The notes: generated by a model not told the origin, from the sequence alone. Positions 1 to 13,208 are shown, counted from the first letter of the stretch. The stretch is DNA of 64,000 nt from Eledone cirrhosa (GCA_964016885.1 OZ024744.1:37324001-37388000); one strand, 5' to 3'. Program-made: numbers and translations.

Positions 1-407
1 TTGTGTCTTTGTGAAAAGACTGGAGCAGCGTTATTTTTGTTGATATTGTATTTGTTGTTGTAATCGTGTCTTTGTGGGGAGATTGGAGCAGCATTACCGC
101 AGCAGGGGGCGGCTTTATCCTGGTTTGTGGGTTGGCATGAAGCCCCTTTTCTGTTCGTGCGTTGTGTCCCAGAAAGATGAGTGAAGGGACAGTCAGTCAG
201 CAGACATAGCTTCTCACGTTGGGAATGTTGGCAGATTTTGGGACTGCGACCTATACGTGCGGGCCTGGCAGTGTTAGTGCGCCTAGTACCCGGTAAATGG
301 GTAAATATACAGTCGCTACGTGTGCATAGCCTCTGACGTAGTGAGTAGCGGCATATTTGGAGTTTCAAGTATGTGAAGTGGGGTGGGGTGCATCCAGCTC
401 CATAAAT

Positions 408-683
408 TTAAAAAAAAAAGTTATTTTGACTATGGCATGGCCGTGGTGGTGATGTGGGGGAAGGAAGCATTAGTGGTGATGATGATGATAACTGTGGTGG
501 GAGAGAGAGCAGTGGTCCATTACTAGCAGTTGATGCGGCAGAAGATGGTGACGGTGGTGATGGTGATGGTGATGGCGATGGCAGAGTGAGTGGGTGAGTG
601 ATACTGTCATTCTGTAATAAAGCTATTATGCTTGAATTCAGTGGTTGCTCCTGGTTTTCTGGCTGTTGTTGTTGTTGTGGCAG

Positions 684-753
<70 letters not shown>

Positions 754-1097
754 GGCTGTTGTTGTTGCTGTGGCTGTTGTTGTGGCTGTTGTTTTTGTTG
801 TGGCTGTTGTTTTTGTTGTGGCTGTTGTTGTGTTTGTCCAATGGAGTAAATATTTCGAAGTTTTTCAAAATGGTTTTGAATTAGTTTGAAAGAGACTTCT
901 ACGTGTTTTAGTTTGTTGAGTACCTGCTTAGCAGACCTCGTGGTAAATGTTTGAGCTGTTTTTTCAGCAATTTCATTCAGACATGACGCGTTAATGTTTA
1001 TTGTTTGTGACAGAGAAAACCATGTGTTTATTTCATTTAGGTCAATTTCATTTTCAGACCAATTTCGTCCGTTGTGGGCTTGTTGGTTAGTAGTCAT
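408..1097 (-). CDS. ORF with N-terminal Myb/SANT(trihelix)-like segment, poly-Gln and Pro/Ser-rich tail; probably the 5' ORF of a transposon
   Basis: RNWSENEIDL..W....EIAEK....TRSAKQVLNKLKHV resembles a Myb/SANT-like helix pattern; CAA-repeat polyQ; ~100-bp leader starts next to (TA)n; ends at an A-run (possible frameshift). Confidence 0.4.
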
Positions 1098-1373
1098 GTT
1101 TTTTTCTTTTTTTTTTTACCCTTGTGTGTGTTTTAAGATATTTGACATTTGATACGTGAGTGAGACTTTGGTTATTTGAAGAAATTAAAGAATCGTGTAT
1201 ATATATATATGTATGTAAAAGGTAAACAGAAATAACGACACAATCGGTACAGTATATATATATATTGTGTACATAGATTACATACTAAATTTAAGTGAGA
1301 AAATCTCTCCTTATGGGTGTATAAACCAGACAGATAATGTGTTAGGAGGTATTGATTTTTTTGTGATTGTGAC

Positions 1374-1660
1374 GGCACATGGCTTAGTGGTTAAAGCGTC
1401 AAGTTGTGGGATTGATTCTCGGACAGGGCTTTCACGTAACTCCACTTCACTCGGCTGTAGAAATGAGTTGCGACGTCACTTGTGCCAAGTTGTATCGGTT
1501 TTTGTCTTTTCCCTTGGACAACATCAGGGATGTGGAGAAGGGAGGCAGTCACGCACGGGCGACTGCTGGTCATCCACAAACAACCTTGACCAGCCATTCC
1601 TCGGAGAAAAACATTCTAGGTTCAAATCCCATGGTCATACGTGACCGAAAGAGGTCTTTA
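1374..1660 (+). mobile_element. tRNA-derived SINE family A (CORE-like)
   Basis: A box TGGCTTAGTGG, degenerate B box; body homologous to the reverse complement of 6985-7296. Confidence 0.8.
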
Positions 1661-2029
1661 CCAGATATTTGATCATTTAATAGTTCAACAACACAACGTA
1701 CGTTTTTGGACATCATCCTGCTTCGGAAAGTGAAGCAGTATGTATATTTTATTGGTCAATAGGCTCTTGGTTTTGAAGAATTAAACTCCCTGCAGTGTAT
1801 AGCGAATTCTTTAATTATTGGTAATTCCAATAATTTCTTCCGCAAACGAAACCCTGTTAGGGAGATCTTTATATAAGTGAGACTAGCAAAACATTGTTTT
1901 GTATTATCTGCCTGGTTTATTGCTTCTCTGGATGATATCTTGTCTATATAGTTTATTCATTCATTGAGATGGTTAAGTATTAGAAACATTAACATTTAAA
2001 ATAATATATATATATATGCACGCACGCGC

Positions 2030-2075
<46 letters not shown>

Positions 2076-2079
2076 TAAG

Positions 2080-2169
2080 CATATCTGACGGCCTATCGAT
2101 TACAGAGTCAGTTTCGATCTATAATAGATTTTGCCTCGAGCTGATCGATAGAGAAACATATGTAATATG
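2080..2169 (+). ncRNA. Type I hammerhead ribozyme motif (A9 variant) in a (TA)n-flanked island
   Basis: P1 CATAT/ATATG, core CTGACGG, P2 CTATCGATTA/TGATCGATAG, GAAA, palindromic P3 ACATATGT, GUA site at 2164. Confidence 0.7.
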
Positions 2170-2220
2170 TTATTAGACATGTTATGATGCAACACTGAAT
2201 CCTTGTCCCATATCCATATA

Positions 2221-2316
<96 letters not shown>

Positions 2317-2317
2317 G

Positions 2318-2397
2318 AACAAAGCAGGCGTTATAATAAACGTCGGCTAAACTGATGCGTGCATATATGTATGTGTACCTGTATGCATATGTGTATA

Positions 2398-2491
<94 letters not shown>

Positions 2492-2929
2492 TGCTACTGT
2501 ACGTCTGTATACATATATGTATGTACGTATACATACATACTTACATTTAAGTAAGTGCCATACTAAGAGTGAGAAATGAAATTTCGTTTTCATTTTTTTC
2601 AACTTATCGTTTTCGGTATGCCTGACCGATTTAACTCACTCGATATGCAAATTAGGCTGCTCAGCCGTTAATTTTCATAAGGAAAGTATATACTTTCGAA
2701 CGTTCAACTATCTGGCAGATGGGTAAACGGTGCTGATGATAGCTAACAAGCTTGAAACTAGTACATCGTTCCTGTGTCAGTGTTGAACAAAAAGGTGACG
2801 TGGTTGCCTTAACACCGTATGGCATAAATTCAGGCTGTTCGATTTGTTGACAAACAAACAAACAAAGCAGGCGTTATAATAAACGTAGGCTAAACTGATG
2901 CGTGCATATATGTATGTGTACCTGTATGC

Positions 2930-3000
<71 letters not shown>

Positions 3001-3113
3001 TGCTACTGTACGTCTGTATACATATATGTATGTACGTATACATACATACTTACATTTAAGTAAGTGCCATACTAAGAGTGAGAAATGAAATCTCGTTTTC
3101 ATTTTTTTCAACT

Positions 3114-3115
<2 letters not shown>
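2318..3115 (+). mobile_element. Non-coding retrozyme-like or partial-tandem PLE unit with direct repeats
   Basis: Near-identical direct repeats 2318-2606 and 2861-3115 (differing mainly in TA length) enclose a unique segment containing an HHR; flanked by (TA)n. Confidence 0.65.
2726..2770 (+). ncRNA. Minimal type I hammerhead ribozyme
   Basis: P1 AACGGTG/CATCGTT, canonical CTGATGA, P2 AGC/GCT, GAAA, palindromic P3 ACTAGT, GUA site at 2763. Confidence 0.85.
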
Positions 3116-3186
<71 letters not shown>

Positions 3187-3286
3187 ATAATAATAAAATT
3201 GAAGACTAAAATCCAAAGAGGGCTCGATAAGGAAAATAAAGGGTGAAAGCAGCGATTCTTTGCTTAAACTTTAATCTGTTATTTTA

Positions 3287-3362
<76 letters not shown>

Positions 3363-3824
3363 CTATGTGTATGTGTGTGTTTCAACATACATACATACAC
3401 GCAGCTGAAACATTCTTAAGTTGACCAAGATACTCTCATGGAACTATCAAATGAGGTTTATTTTTCCATATAGTCCCTAGAAAAAAAAACAACGCAGTTA
3501 TTAATAAGAAGAGTTGAAATTAATGCATTCACGATTCCACAGCTCTAGTATCACTCATTCAGTATATGAACTTTTCAGCCGACCCTCGTGTATATTGTAT
3601 ACATACATATATACATATATATATACATATATTTTATACATATATGTATACATTATATATGTGTCTGTATGTATTGATATCGCTCTCATTCTGCTCGATC
3701 GACAAGATCCCAGATCTCATTCACTTACCGCGTGAGGTGGACCTCATCAAATCGGACCAAGGAAACAATGTTTCCATTGGTTTTTCCATTGCTCATACTG
3801 TCTACCTATCGCAACTCCTGGCAG

Positions 3825-3947
3825 AAAGAACAACGTGAAATAAAGTGTCTTGCTCAAGGGCATAACACATCACCCGGTCCTAGAATTGAACTCACAACCT
3901 CACGACTGCGAACCTAACTCTCTAACCTGTAAGCCACATGCCTTGGC
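3825..3947 (-). mobile_element. SINE family A, 5' head fragment
   Basis: Matches 7188-7292 (GAAATAAAGTGTCTTGCTCAAGG...GAACTCACAACC). Confidence 0.75.
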
Positions 3948-4820
3948 CCACATATATCTTGAGTACATATACTTCCTTACTGATAGTCTTCCTCTGTATC
4001 AACTACACCAACGACATCGGGAAGGACTTTCTTTCTCTCTTGACTAATACAAAGTTTTGTTGAATTTTAAAAGAAAAAAGAAATCCCTTTAATTTGCCTC
4101 TTTTAACTGTTTCCTTCCTTTTACATTTCCTTTCCTGTGTTTTGTTTTTGTCTATTTTTGTTTATTCTTATTTTCTCTGCCTTATTTTAATTCTTCTCTT
4201 TTCATTTATTCCTGCTCTATCACGCTATCACCCTCTCTCTATTTCTTCTTGTAACGCTTTCTCTCCGTCTCCTTTATCATTATTTTTACGTTTCCCATTC
4301 TTTCTTATACAATTAATTTATTTGCAGTTTCTGTCTCTTGCAACCCAACCACACCCTTTTTTTCTTTTTCATTAATACTTTTTTGTTTAATAGCTGAAAT
4401 TGAAGTTAATAGTCCGAAAAATTACAATCTTAAAGTTCACTCATGCAAGGAAAATAAAACTAAAAAAGTAAAAGAAAATAAGGGTATTTATTGTTGGTGT
4501 TATTATTGTTGTTGCTTTTGTTGTCCGCAATAATTAAGCAGTCCTGTGATCAAAAATACTCAACACGTTAGAATCTCGTCTTTTTCTCTTTCAGTTGTTT
4601 TTTTCTTTGTCCTAGCATTCAATTGTTGGATAGTAGATTTAATATGTTGAGCCCTTTAATACAATCACGTGACTCTAGGCTATATTTAGAGGATTCCAAC
4701 CTTTTACACACATTAGGACGAGGTGTTTAGTGTGAGGATACTTCCCTTACTATTTCCTATATTGGAACACCTAATAACGGTTGTGTTGCGCCCTGGACCT
4801 TTTTACCACTGGCTATCACA

Positions 4821-5252
4821 TAAAATTAATAATTGTTTCTACCTTTGGCACAAGGCCAGCAATTACCCCAGTACATCATTGGTTCTTTGTTTTATCGACC
4901 CCGGTGGGATTTGAACTCAGACGGTAAAGGGGCATAACTTTATGCTGCAAAGCATGGTGTGACTCTCTACCGATACTGCCAATCCACCGCCTTGCATACT
5001 TAAAATTGATAATTGTTTCGACTTTAGGCACAGAGCCAGCAATTTGAAGGGGAAGGGAAAGTCGATTAAATCGACCCCAGTGCATTACTGGTTCTTTATT
5101 TTATCGACCCCGGTAAGAATGAAAGGCAAACTTAGCCTCTGCGGGATTTGAACTCAGAACGTAAAGGACCATAACTCTATGCTGAAAAACATGGTGTCTG
5201 ACGCTCTGCTGATACTGTCAATCCACCGCCCTAAATACTTAAAATTAATAAT
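4821..5252 (-). mobile_element. Tandem pair of tRNA-derived SINE family B (Meta-domain-like)
   Basis: Two copies (4828-4991, 5009-5232) with B box GAGTTCAAATCCC and GCCTTTCAT..GGGTCGATAAAATAAAG core; TAAAATT(A/G)ATAAT repeated at all three junctions. Confidence 0.8.
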
Positions 5253-6733
5253 AACATAGGTTATGTTGTCTTTAGCTAATTTTGAGGTGCTGATTTCAAA
5301 TATGGCATCCATTTCCCCCTAACACATCAGCTTTTCATGTTTGCCTTTCGCTCTGCTATCCCATAAACACAAGAAACACGGATTTCATTGGTCAACAAAA
5401 TTATATCATAGGTCTCAAACTTAGGTCAGTAGAAAAAAAGCAACATTTTGTTGACCATTCTAATCAGTAACAAAAACATTCACTTCAACAAGAGTAGAAA
5501 ATAACCGTTTCAAATATAGGCACAAGGCCAGAGATGTGGATGAGGGATAGGAAAATCGATCTGTAACAGCAACAACAACAACATTATAAGATACCAAGTG
5601 ACAAAAGGAGCATCTATGTGGTTCCTTGACCTGCTAGAAATAGCAGCCAGATATGTCACCTCGCATACATAACCACCATGTTATAAATAAAGACGGAACA
5701 GATTTTCAAATGTTTCCCTAAGTAATTTCCCAAACGACAGTTTGTACAGGACTGAAGAGTTTGTCAGGATCAAGGTGAAACCAGGTAATCCACATCAACG
5801 GCAATAGCTGATATAAAATGGCAAAGTAAAGAGTGAAATGCAAATATACACATGTATATACGTATACACACGTTGATTACCTGTACAGGCAATATTTATT
5901 AGGATGCTGTTGAAGCGTATATGCATTTTTGCAGGGCACCCTGTATATATATATATATATTTGTAAGGCTGCAAAGATAATCCGGTCTAAGCATCAATAG
6001 GTCTCCACGTCAGTAGTGCATCCCCAGTAATATGGTGGCTATTAAGCGTGAAGGAGTTTCCATTTACGAAATAATATTAAGACAGTGTTGCGGCTGTCAG
6101 TAATTAAGCAATGGTTACAGCAGGATAGTTGTACCTTAGCAGCTACATATCTACATACAAGTATAACTACATTGCGTAATTGCATGAGCGTCTGATGATG
6201 TCACATGCAGCTTATTTATGATGTAATCATTTCATGATTACTAACCAACATGTCATTGACGTATATATTAAGCAATTATACACTTATGTAAACGTAAACC
6301 TGTCTTAACACTATTTCGTATATGTACATATACATATATAGATATGTATATATACATATATTCTCATGTGTATATGCATATATATGCATATACATATGCA
6401 TATATTTATTATTATTACTATATATATATATATATATATATACTCCACTTCACCTCTTGCCTTCCTCAACTCCCGCTGCTTGTCACTCACTCTCGGCTGG
6501 TCCTTCCTCCCACTTTCACTCACTCTCTCCTTCTCCCTCTTCTCACTTCCTCCCGTCTGACCTGCTTGAATTTCTTTCCTCTCTCAATCTTCTCGCGGCT
6601 CGGACGTGTCTATTTCTCCTCGGGAATTTGATATGTCGGGCTTAAGCCCACAGGATTCATTGACTTGTCTCTATTTTCCTCTCTTTACGTTCCATACCGC
6701 CATGTGTTTGTTTCGTTTCCTCTGTTTTCCCAC

Positions 6734-6835
6734 TGTCCCGATAACTTAATTGAATTATCGCTCGCACTGATTTTAGATATCTAGTCTTTAATGCGTCGAA
6801 ATACCAACGATAACAGCAGACTACTGAAGAGGACA
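6734..6835 (+). ncRNA. Candidate permuted hammerhead-like RNA, copy 1
   Basis: AUC-TAGTCT ... C-GAAA-TACC ... AGACTA-CTGAAGA-G; homologous to 7895-7996 with compensatory changes. Confidence 0.55.
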
Positions 6836-6899
6836 TTTTACCCCTTGTCTATTTTTATTCATATAATATATGTTCGCAACAACGCAGCACGCCACTTTC

Positions 6900-6972
<73 letters not shown>

Positions 6973-6984
6973 ATATATACTTAT

Positions 6985-7296
6985 ATCGGTCACGAATGAC
7001 CATGGGATTTGCACCTAGAAAGTTCTCCTTCAAGACACAAGTCCGGACAAGGTTGTTTGTGGAAGACCAGCAGTCATCCATGCATACTGTCTCCCCCTCT
7101 CCACACCACCAATGTTGTCCAAAGAAAGGTGATGGTTGATACAGCTTGACACAAGTGACGTCGTAACTGAGTAAACTAGATGAACCTGAAATAAAGTGTC
7201 TTGCTCAAGGACACAACGCATCACCCGGTCCGAGAATCGAACTCACAACCTTTCAATTGCAAGCCCAATGCTCTAACCACTAAGCCATGCACCTTC
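6985..7296 (-). mobile_element. SINE family A, full length
   Basis: A box TGGCTTAGTGG, B box GAGTTCGATTC, GTGTCCTTGAGCAAGACACTT CORE-like motif; homologous to 1374-1660. Confidence 0.85.
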
Positions 7297-7320
7297 CACA
7301 CACACAAACACATTATATAT

Positions 7321-7515
7321 ATAAGAAAATGAGGGTTTTTTAAAAATGAAAAAAAAAAAACGAGATGTCCTACACGAATGAAAGTATAAAGAAAGAAAAT
7401 GAAATCGAACTGGAGTCTTTTTAAGAATAGTTATTTGTTTCCTTTACCTCTTTCACAGTTCTTATGTTTTAAAAAGTAGAATTGAGATGGGAGGTTTGTG
7501 GTTTATCTCGTGTGT
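7321..7515 (-). mobile_element. Solo 3' terminus (pLTR) of the PLE family at 31121-35082, with decayed HHR
   Basis: Reverse complement aligns with 34870-35082; HHR remnant CTT-TTTAAAA-..-GAAAGAGGTA-AAGG. Confidence 0.75.
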
Positions 7516-7519
7516 GGTG

Positions 7520-7594
<75 letters not shown>

Positions 7595-7598
<4 letters not shown>

Positions 7599-8015
7599 CA
7601 TGTAATAAAATGAGTCCCTCATCAGTGATTTGCCGACGATCATAGATATTTCATTGCATTAAAAATCATATACCTCACGTCGGTGCAATAATAACTAAAT
7701 TAAGTTATTAGGACAATTAAAACGTGTAAAGCGAGTGAGACGAGATAACAACAAAGAGGAGAGCTAACCGTAGAAGGAAGGGAACAAGCTACATAGTTAT
7801 TCTGTTAGCATAAGCTAGTAGCTTGTTCCCTTCCTTCTACGGTTAGCTCTCCTCTTTGTTGTTATCTTGTCTCACTCGCTTTACGCGTTTTAATTGTCCT
7901 AATAACTTAATTTAGTTATTATTGCACCGACGTGAGGTATATGATTTTTAATGCAATGAAATATCTATGATCGTCGGCAAATCACTGATGAGGGACTCAT
8001 TTTATTACATGTTAT
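7595..8015. repeat. 198-bp-arm inverted repeat (probable inverted PLE terminus)
   Basis: Arms 7595-7792 and 7818-8015, 25-bp spacer, two mismatches seen; (TA)n flanks. Confidence 0.9.
7895..7996 (+). ncRNA. Candidate permuted hammerhead-like RNA, copy 2 (mirror copy at 7614-7715 on the minus strand)
   Basis: AGGTAT-A-TGATTT ... T-GAAA-TATCT ... AAATCA-CTGATGA-G. Confidence 0.55.
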
Positions 8016-8512
8016 CCATGTGCAACCTGCAGTATTCTTCTCCCCATTTTTTCATATATATATATAACAAAGAGGGTGTATTAAGATACCAGGTGGACCT
8101 TAAATACGCCTACCCACATATATATATATATATCAACATTTGATAGATGCTGATGGACATACAATGCCTATATATACTATGCATGTCTATGTATACTACA
8201 TCTATATTTGTGTGTGTGTGTGTATATATATATGTGTATGTAATTATCAATAGTGTCATATAATCTATAATATATTCCATGAAAAGTGAATGTCTTTCAC
8301 CACCAGTATTTTTTTACCTGTTATTACCTATATCGAAAATGAAAAAAAGATTTCATCTATACGATTCTATTTCTTTCATAGTTTTATCGCCTTGTATGAT
8401 AACACTAACACACACAGAGATAAACATGAATATATATGCGTATATATGTATATGTGTGTGTGTATATATATATATGTGTATATATATATGTGTATATATA
8501 TATGTGTATATA

Positions 8513-8579
<67 letters not shown>

Positions 8580-8979
8580 ATGTGTGTACAGATAGAGATA
8601 TATTTCGAAGTATATATGTTTCTCTGTGTGTGTGTATGTATGTATGTATGCTTTTAAGTATTTTTGCATCGAAAGATATCTATCTATTTATATCTATGTG
8701 TATGTGCGTATGTATCTGTGAGATAGAGAGAATATATGTATGTTTGCATGTATATGTGTTTGTTTGTGTGTGCGTATGTATATTTGGTGAGTGTGTGTGT
8801 CTCTGTCTGTCTGTATATGTATGTGTGAGTAAAAACAAAACTATTTCCTTTTTTCGTTTTTGTTTATCCGTGTGACTGAAGGTGTCTTCAGAATAAGTAA
8901 CTTCCTCAGTAAACATTGCCAATCTTGCCTAGATTGTTAGTTAAAGTAATGATTGCTATCATTTCTTGTATATCTCTGA

Positions 8980-9064
<85 letters not shown>

Positions 9065-9786
9065 TACTGCAGCTATACTAAACATGTAGAGAATTTAGCA
9101 TCGCCTTTTTGTATTTCCTTCTACAAAAACAAATATTTAAGTGGGTGAATTGTTATGAGCCGCCATTACTATAAACATTTCTATATATGTATGTATGTAT
9201 ACATGTATGTGTGTATGTAAACTCTGATATAACACCTGCAACCCTGATGGTATCCAATGATGTTGACTTGTTCTTCTTTTTGGTAAATATCATCTTGGTT
9301 AAGAGAGTGGGACTGGCTTTGTGCAGTGCCTTTGCTCACTATAAAAGCTTCACGGCACAGGCATTGCTTTATATCTGGAGATCTCTCTGCACTTGTCGTC
9401 ACAGGGTACCATGGGCCTAGCACTGTGTCAATAATTGTCACAAGTGTAGTGTTTGTACCAGAGTTTTCAAGTCGCTGGCTGGACTAAAAAGTCACACTCG
9501 TTCAGCGCATTGGTAGGGGTTCTTCTACATGGATATAAAGTAGTGGCCGTACTCGAAAACGAGTTGGCAGCCACCATGTGTGTATGTATGTATGTATGTA
9601 TTTATGTATGTATTTATGTACGTGTATGTATGTGTCTGTGTGGATGTATGTATGTGTGGGTGTATGTATGCATGTATGTTTGTATGTATGTATGTATGCA
9701 TGTATGTTTGTATGCATGTATGTTTGTATGTATGGATAAATAAATGGATGGATGTATATACGTATGTATGTATGTTTGTAAATATG

Positions 9787-9829
<43 letters not shown>

Positions 9830-11937
9830 ATATTTGTATGTATATATGTATGTATGCATATATATACTTATGTATGTATATGTTTATGTATGTATGCATA
9901 TATGTATGTATATATATGTATGTATGTGTCTCTGTGTGCGTGTGTGTATGTATGTGTGTGCATGTATGCATGTATGTATGTATTTATATATGTATGAGTT
10001 TATATATGTATGTATGAGTTTATGTATGTATGTACGTATGTATCTGTGTGTGTGCATTTATATGCATGTACGTATTATATATGTATTTATGTATGTATGT
10101 ATGTATGCTTTGTATGTATGTTCTAGTTTTATAATTTTATAGATTTTTACCAATAGAGAGAGAGACAGTTTCTAACATAGACACAAGACTCTCTCATTGG
10201 AATTGAAACAACATCAACTAGGTACGAATGTATGTTTGTATTTGGTTGTGTGTACGAATGTGGATGTATGGGTGTTATTGCATGTGTGGACCTGTATGTT
10301 TCGACTGATATGTGTATACGTGACTATGTTTCTATACAGGTATATATCTAATTATTACATGCTGAATTTCTGAAATGTTTTATATATTTTTATCTTTCCA
10401 TGAATGGATTGTACCTGTCACTTCCTAACTAGTCGTGTTGTTTCTGGTTATGAAAACTCAGCGTCTTAAGATTTGAACTGAGGTAGTTAGTAGTTAATAA
10501 TCACGGATATATATCAAAAGGTATACTCAGGGGGGAGTATCTGCAGATATCTCATTAGTTCTGTATAAATGTTCTCCTTTTCGCTAATCTTAAGATTTAT
10601 ATTGAGATATGCTGGGCCGCTAATTTCTAATACTGGAAATGTTTTCTTTATCTAGTCCTATATTACTATGTCTGGTCAGTTATGTTGACATTTTATTGTG
10701 GTTTTCACTGGAACATACCACCAGTACCCTTTTATATGATATATGTGCATACCCTCCACATCACTGTAACTTTTTATATTTCTATTCTCAGGACTCACCC
10801 CACTACGGATTACTGAGTATAGTGCTTGGGTCAAAATTTTAATCCTCATAAGTAAATATTATCGTGATGACATCTTTAAACAGCTGCTTATTATGTGTGT
10901 GACATCATCGATGTTAATTCTGCAGGGTCTACATCTGTTCACACATCTAGGTGTTTTGTCTGCATTCCTATCTGTTTTGTGATTCAGGTATTTCGTTGTT
11001 AATTCTTGGATTGCAAAAGCATATTCTTCAAAGTGAGAGCCAATATAGCGGTTGTTGGTCCAAGATAGACTACGTAGCGTGTCTATATTACTCCCACCTT
11101 GAAGCTTACTTACTGGCTACATAGCCATGCATAATTTCTTTGCTGATAAACAAGTAGATTTCTATCCGTGGTTTCAATGCTGTATTGCTCCACAGGAGGG
11201 CGAGGGGAGGCATTTCTCAACGAGCTCCTTCCCAACACCCATGATTTTATCTTCTCATGTTAACAGACTTGTTCTATGGATGGGCCCCTACTTTTGATAG
11301 TTAGTAAAAGGGTATAATACGACACTCAAATGCTGTCTGGGTTGATGTTAGGCCTCAGTATTTCTGTTTACATTTTAAGTAGAGGCGGTCTATGTAACTG
11401 TTGATGTAGAAATTTCCGATTCTGGTTTGAACTTTTCGGGCTTTAACATCAATGGCGCGGATCTCATCTAACATCCACTCAAATATTACTGTCAGCACCA
11501 ACACAAATTGTGGGCTACTGATTTATTGTGTACAGAGAGTTCCGAAGACCGCACTTTTCATATTAGAGTGTTATATTCCTTTGTAACTCGATCAAATCCC
11601 ATCAGAGGCTATATTTTTATCTGAAATTATCTGTAGCAGGCCTTATCAGATATCGGTAAATCAGTCAGGCTATTGAAAAAGATGTTGCTGGATAGGCTTG
11701 TAGATTTTCCCTATGTGTGCATATATATATATATGAGCATGTGTGTATGCATTTATGCATGTGCGTGTATGTATGTATTTATATATCTATATATGTATGC
11801 ATGTAGGTATGTATGTATACACATATATACATATCTATCTATCTATCTAATAATATACACTCTGTTGTGATATATATATATATATAAGTTTATCCCGGGT
11901 TCAATCGAGGGTAACCACAGTAAGTAAGGTACTATAT

Positions 11938-11975
<38 letters not shown>

Positions 11976-11989
11976 CTACACACATACTG

Positions 11990-12033
<44 letters not shown>

Positions 12034-12539
12034 TGGAAAATGTGTGAGATTATTGGTACAGTTAGGTATATTTGAAAAAAAGGAAAAGAATGACTTCACT
12101 TGTAGTTCTAAACAATTTGATTTAATTTTATAATATTATAATATTATGAGTTGGTAGTTCTTTGTTAAATTCGGTGGGAAGATTTTTAAAGATTCCTGGT
12201 TAACTTTCCTGGAGAACTTTCTCACATTTGTCGGTGGCGATTGTAAAACTGAAATCATTTGACAATCGCCAAGTGAGATCTTTTGACAATCGAACTACAA
12301 GTCGTTCTTTTCCTTTTTTTCAAATATATATATATATGCGTCTCTCTGTGTGTGTACTTCTAATATCAATGTCAGTATTGTTTTTTTATCACAGCAACAA
12401 ACCCAAACATGCTCAAACATTCCACGTCAGTTGTATCTAAGTAAGGATCACTTGGACCGGTATCCAATGGGATATTGGTATAGTAATCAATATGAAGGTC
12501 TAGTTCTACTTTTCGATTCTTCAATTTATTAAATAACGA

Positions 12540-12616
12540 CCATTGTGTACATTTCAGAGGCTTTTGCCAATAATTATGTACGTATAATTTAACTCAGGCG
12601 CGTCATCATCAGACGG
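12540..12616 (-). ncRNA. Degenerate type I hammerhead
   Basis: P1 CCGT/ATGG, CTGATGA, imperfect P2, GAAA-TGTACA; U16.1 changed to C; AATAAA downstream. Confidence 0.5.
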
Positions 12617-13121
12617 AATATCGAACATTTGGTGATATGAAGAGTATCAGAGAACAGGACATAGTTGTTGATTGCCTCAAATTCGATCAAAATATAGTAG
12701 TGTATCTCAGTTCTACCCTGCATGCTACTCAGTGTTCTGTTCAGAATATGGTATTTCGCCAAATGTGCTGGTCAGGCAAGTAGTCAAGAGGTTCACACCT
12801 TATGGTTCACACTTGATGGGGTCACAGCTGCTCATGCTCCTTTCAACCGTTTCTCAGCCCCCCTGCTAATTGTAATGAAACATTTATGTTTACATTTTTG
12901 ATAATCATTGACATAAGGGAGAGTAAAACGTTGTCTTTATATTCATAGGTGTATGTATGTGTGTGTGTGTCTATCAACGTATGTGTGTGGATGTGTGTGT
13001 ACGTATGTATGTATGTATGTATGTATGTGTATGTATGTATGTGTATGTGCGTGTATGTATGTGTGTGTGTATGCATGTATGTGTGTGTATATACACACTT
13101 ACATATATATATTATATAAAC

Positions 13122-13208
<87 letters not shown>

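Noticed and set aside
1374-1450. tRNA gene calls at SINE heads
   Set aside because: The A/B boxes continue into SINE bodies, with no complete cloverleaf.
1786-1865. Possible HHR remnant (CTCCCTGCAGT...GAAACCCTGTTAGGGAG)
   Set aside because: The core is too degenerate to support.
5749-5791. GGA-CTGAAGA...GAAACCAGGTA-ATCC hammerhead-like string
   Set aside because: P1 is out of register by one base and P2 is weak; could be chance or heavy decay.
6188-6274. CTGATGA followed by a TGTCA/TGACG stem
   Set aside because: GAAA is absent and P1 is poor; at best a dead HHR.
10330-11690. Non-repetitive block with YVDILL and NFFADK (RT/RNase H-like traces)
   Set aside because: Motifs are incomplete with no sustained frame; needs a translated profile search.
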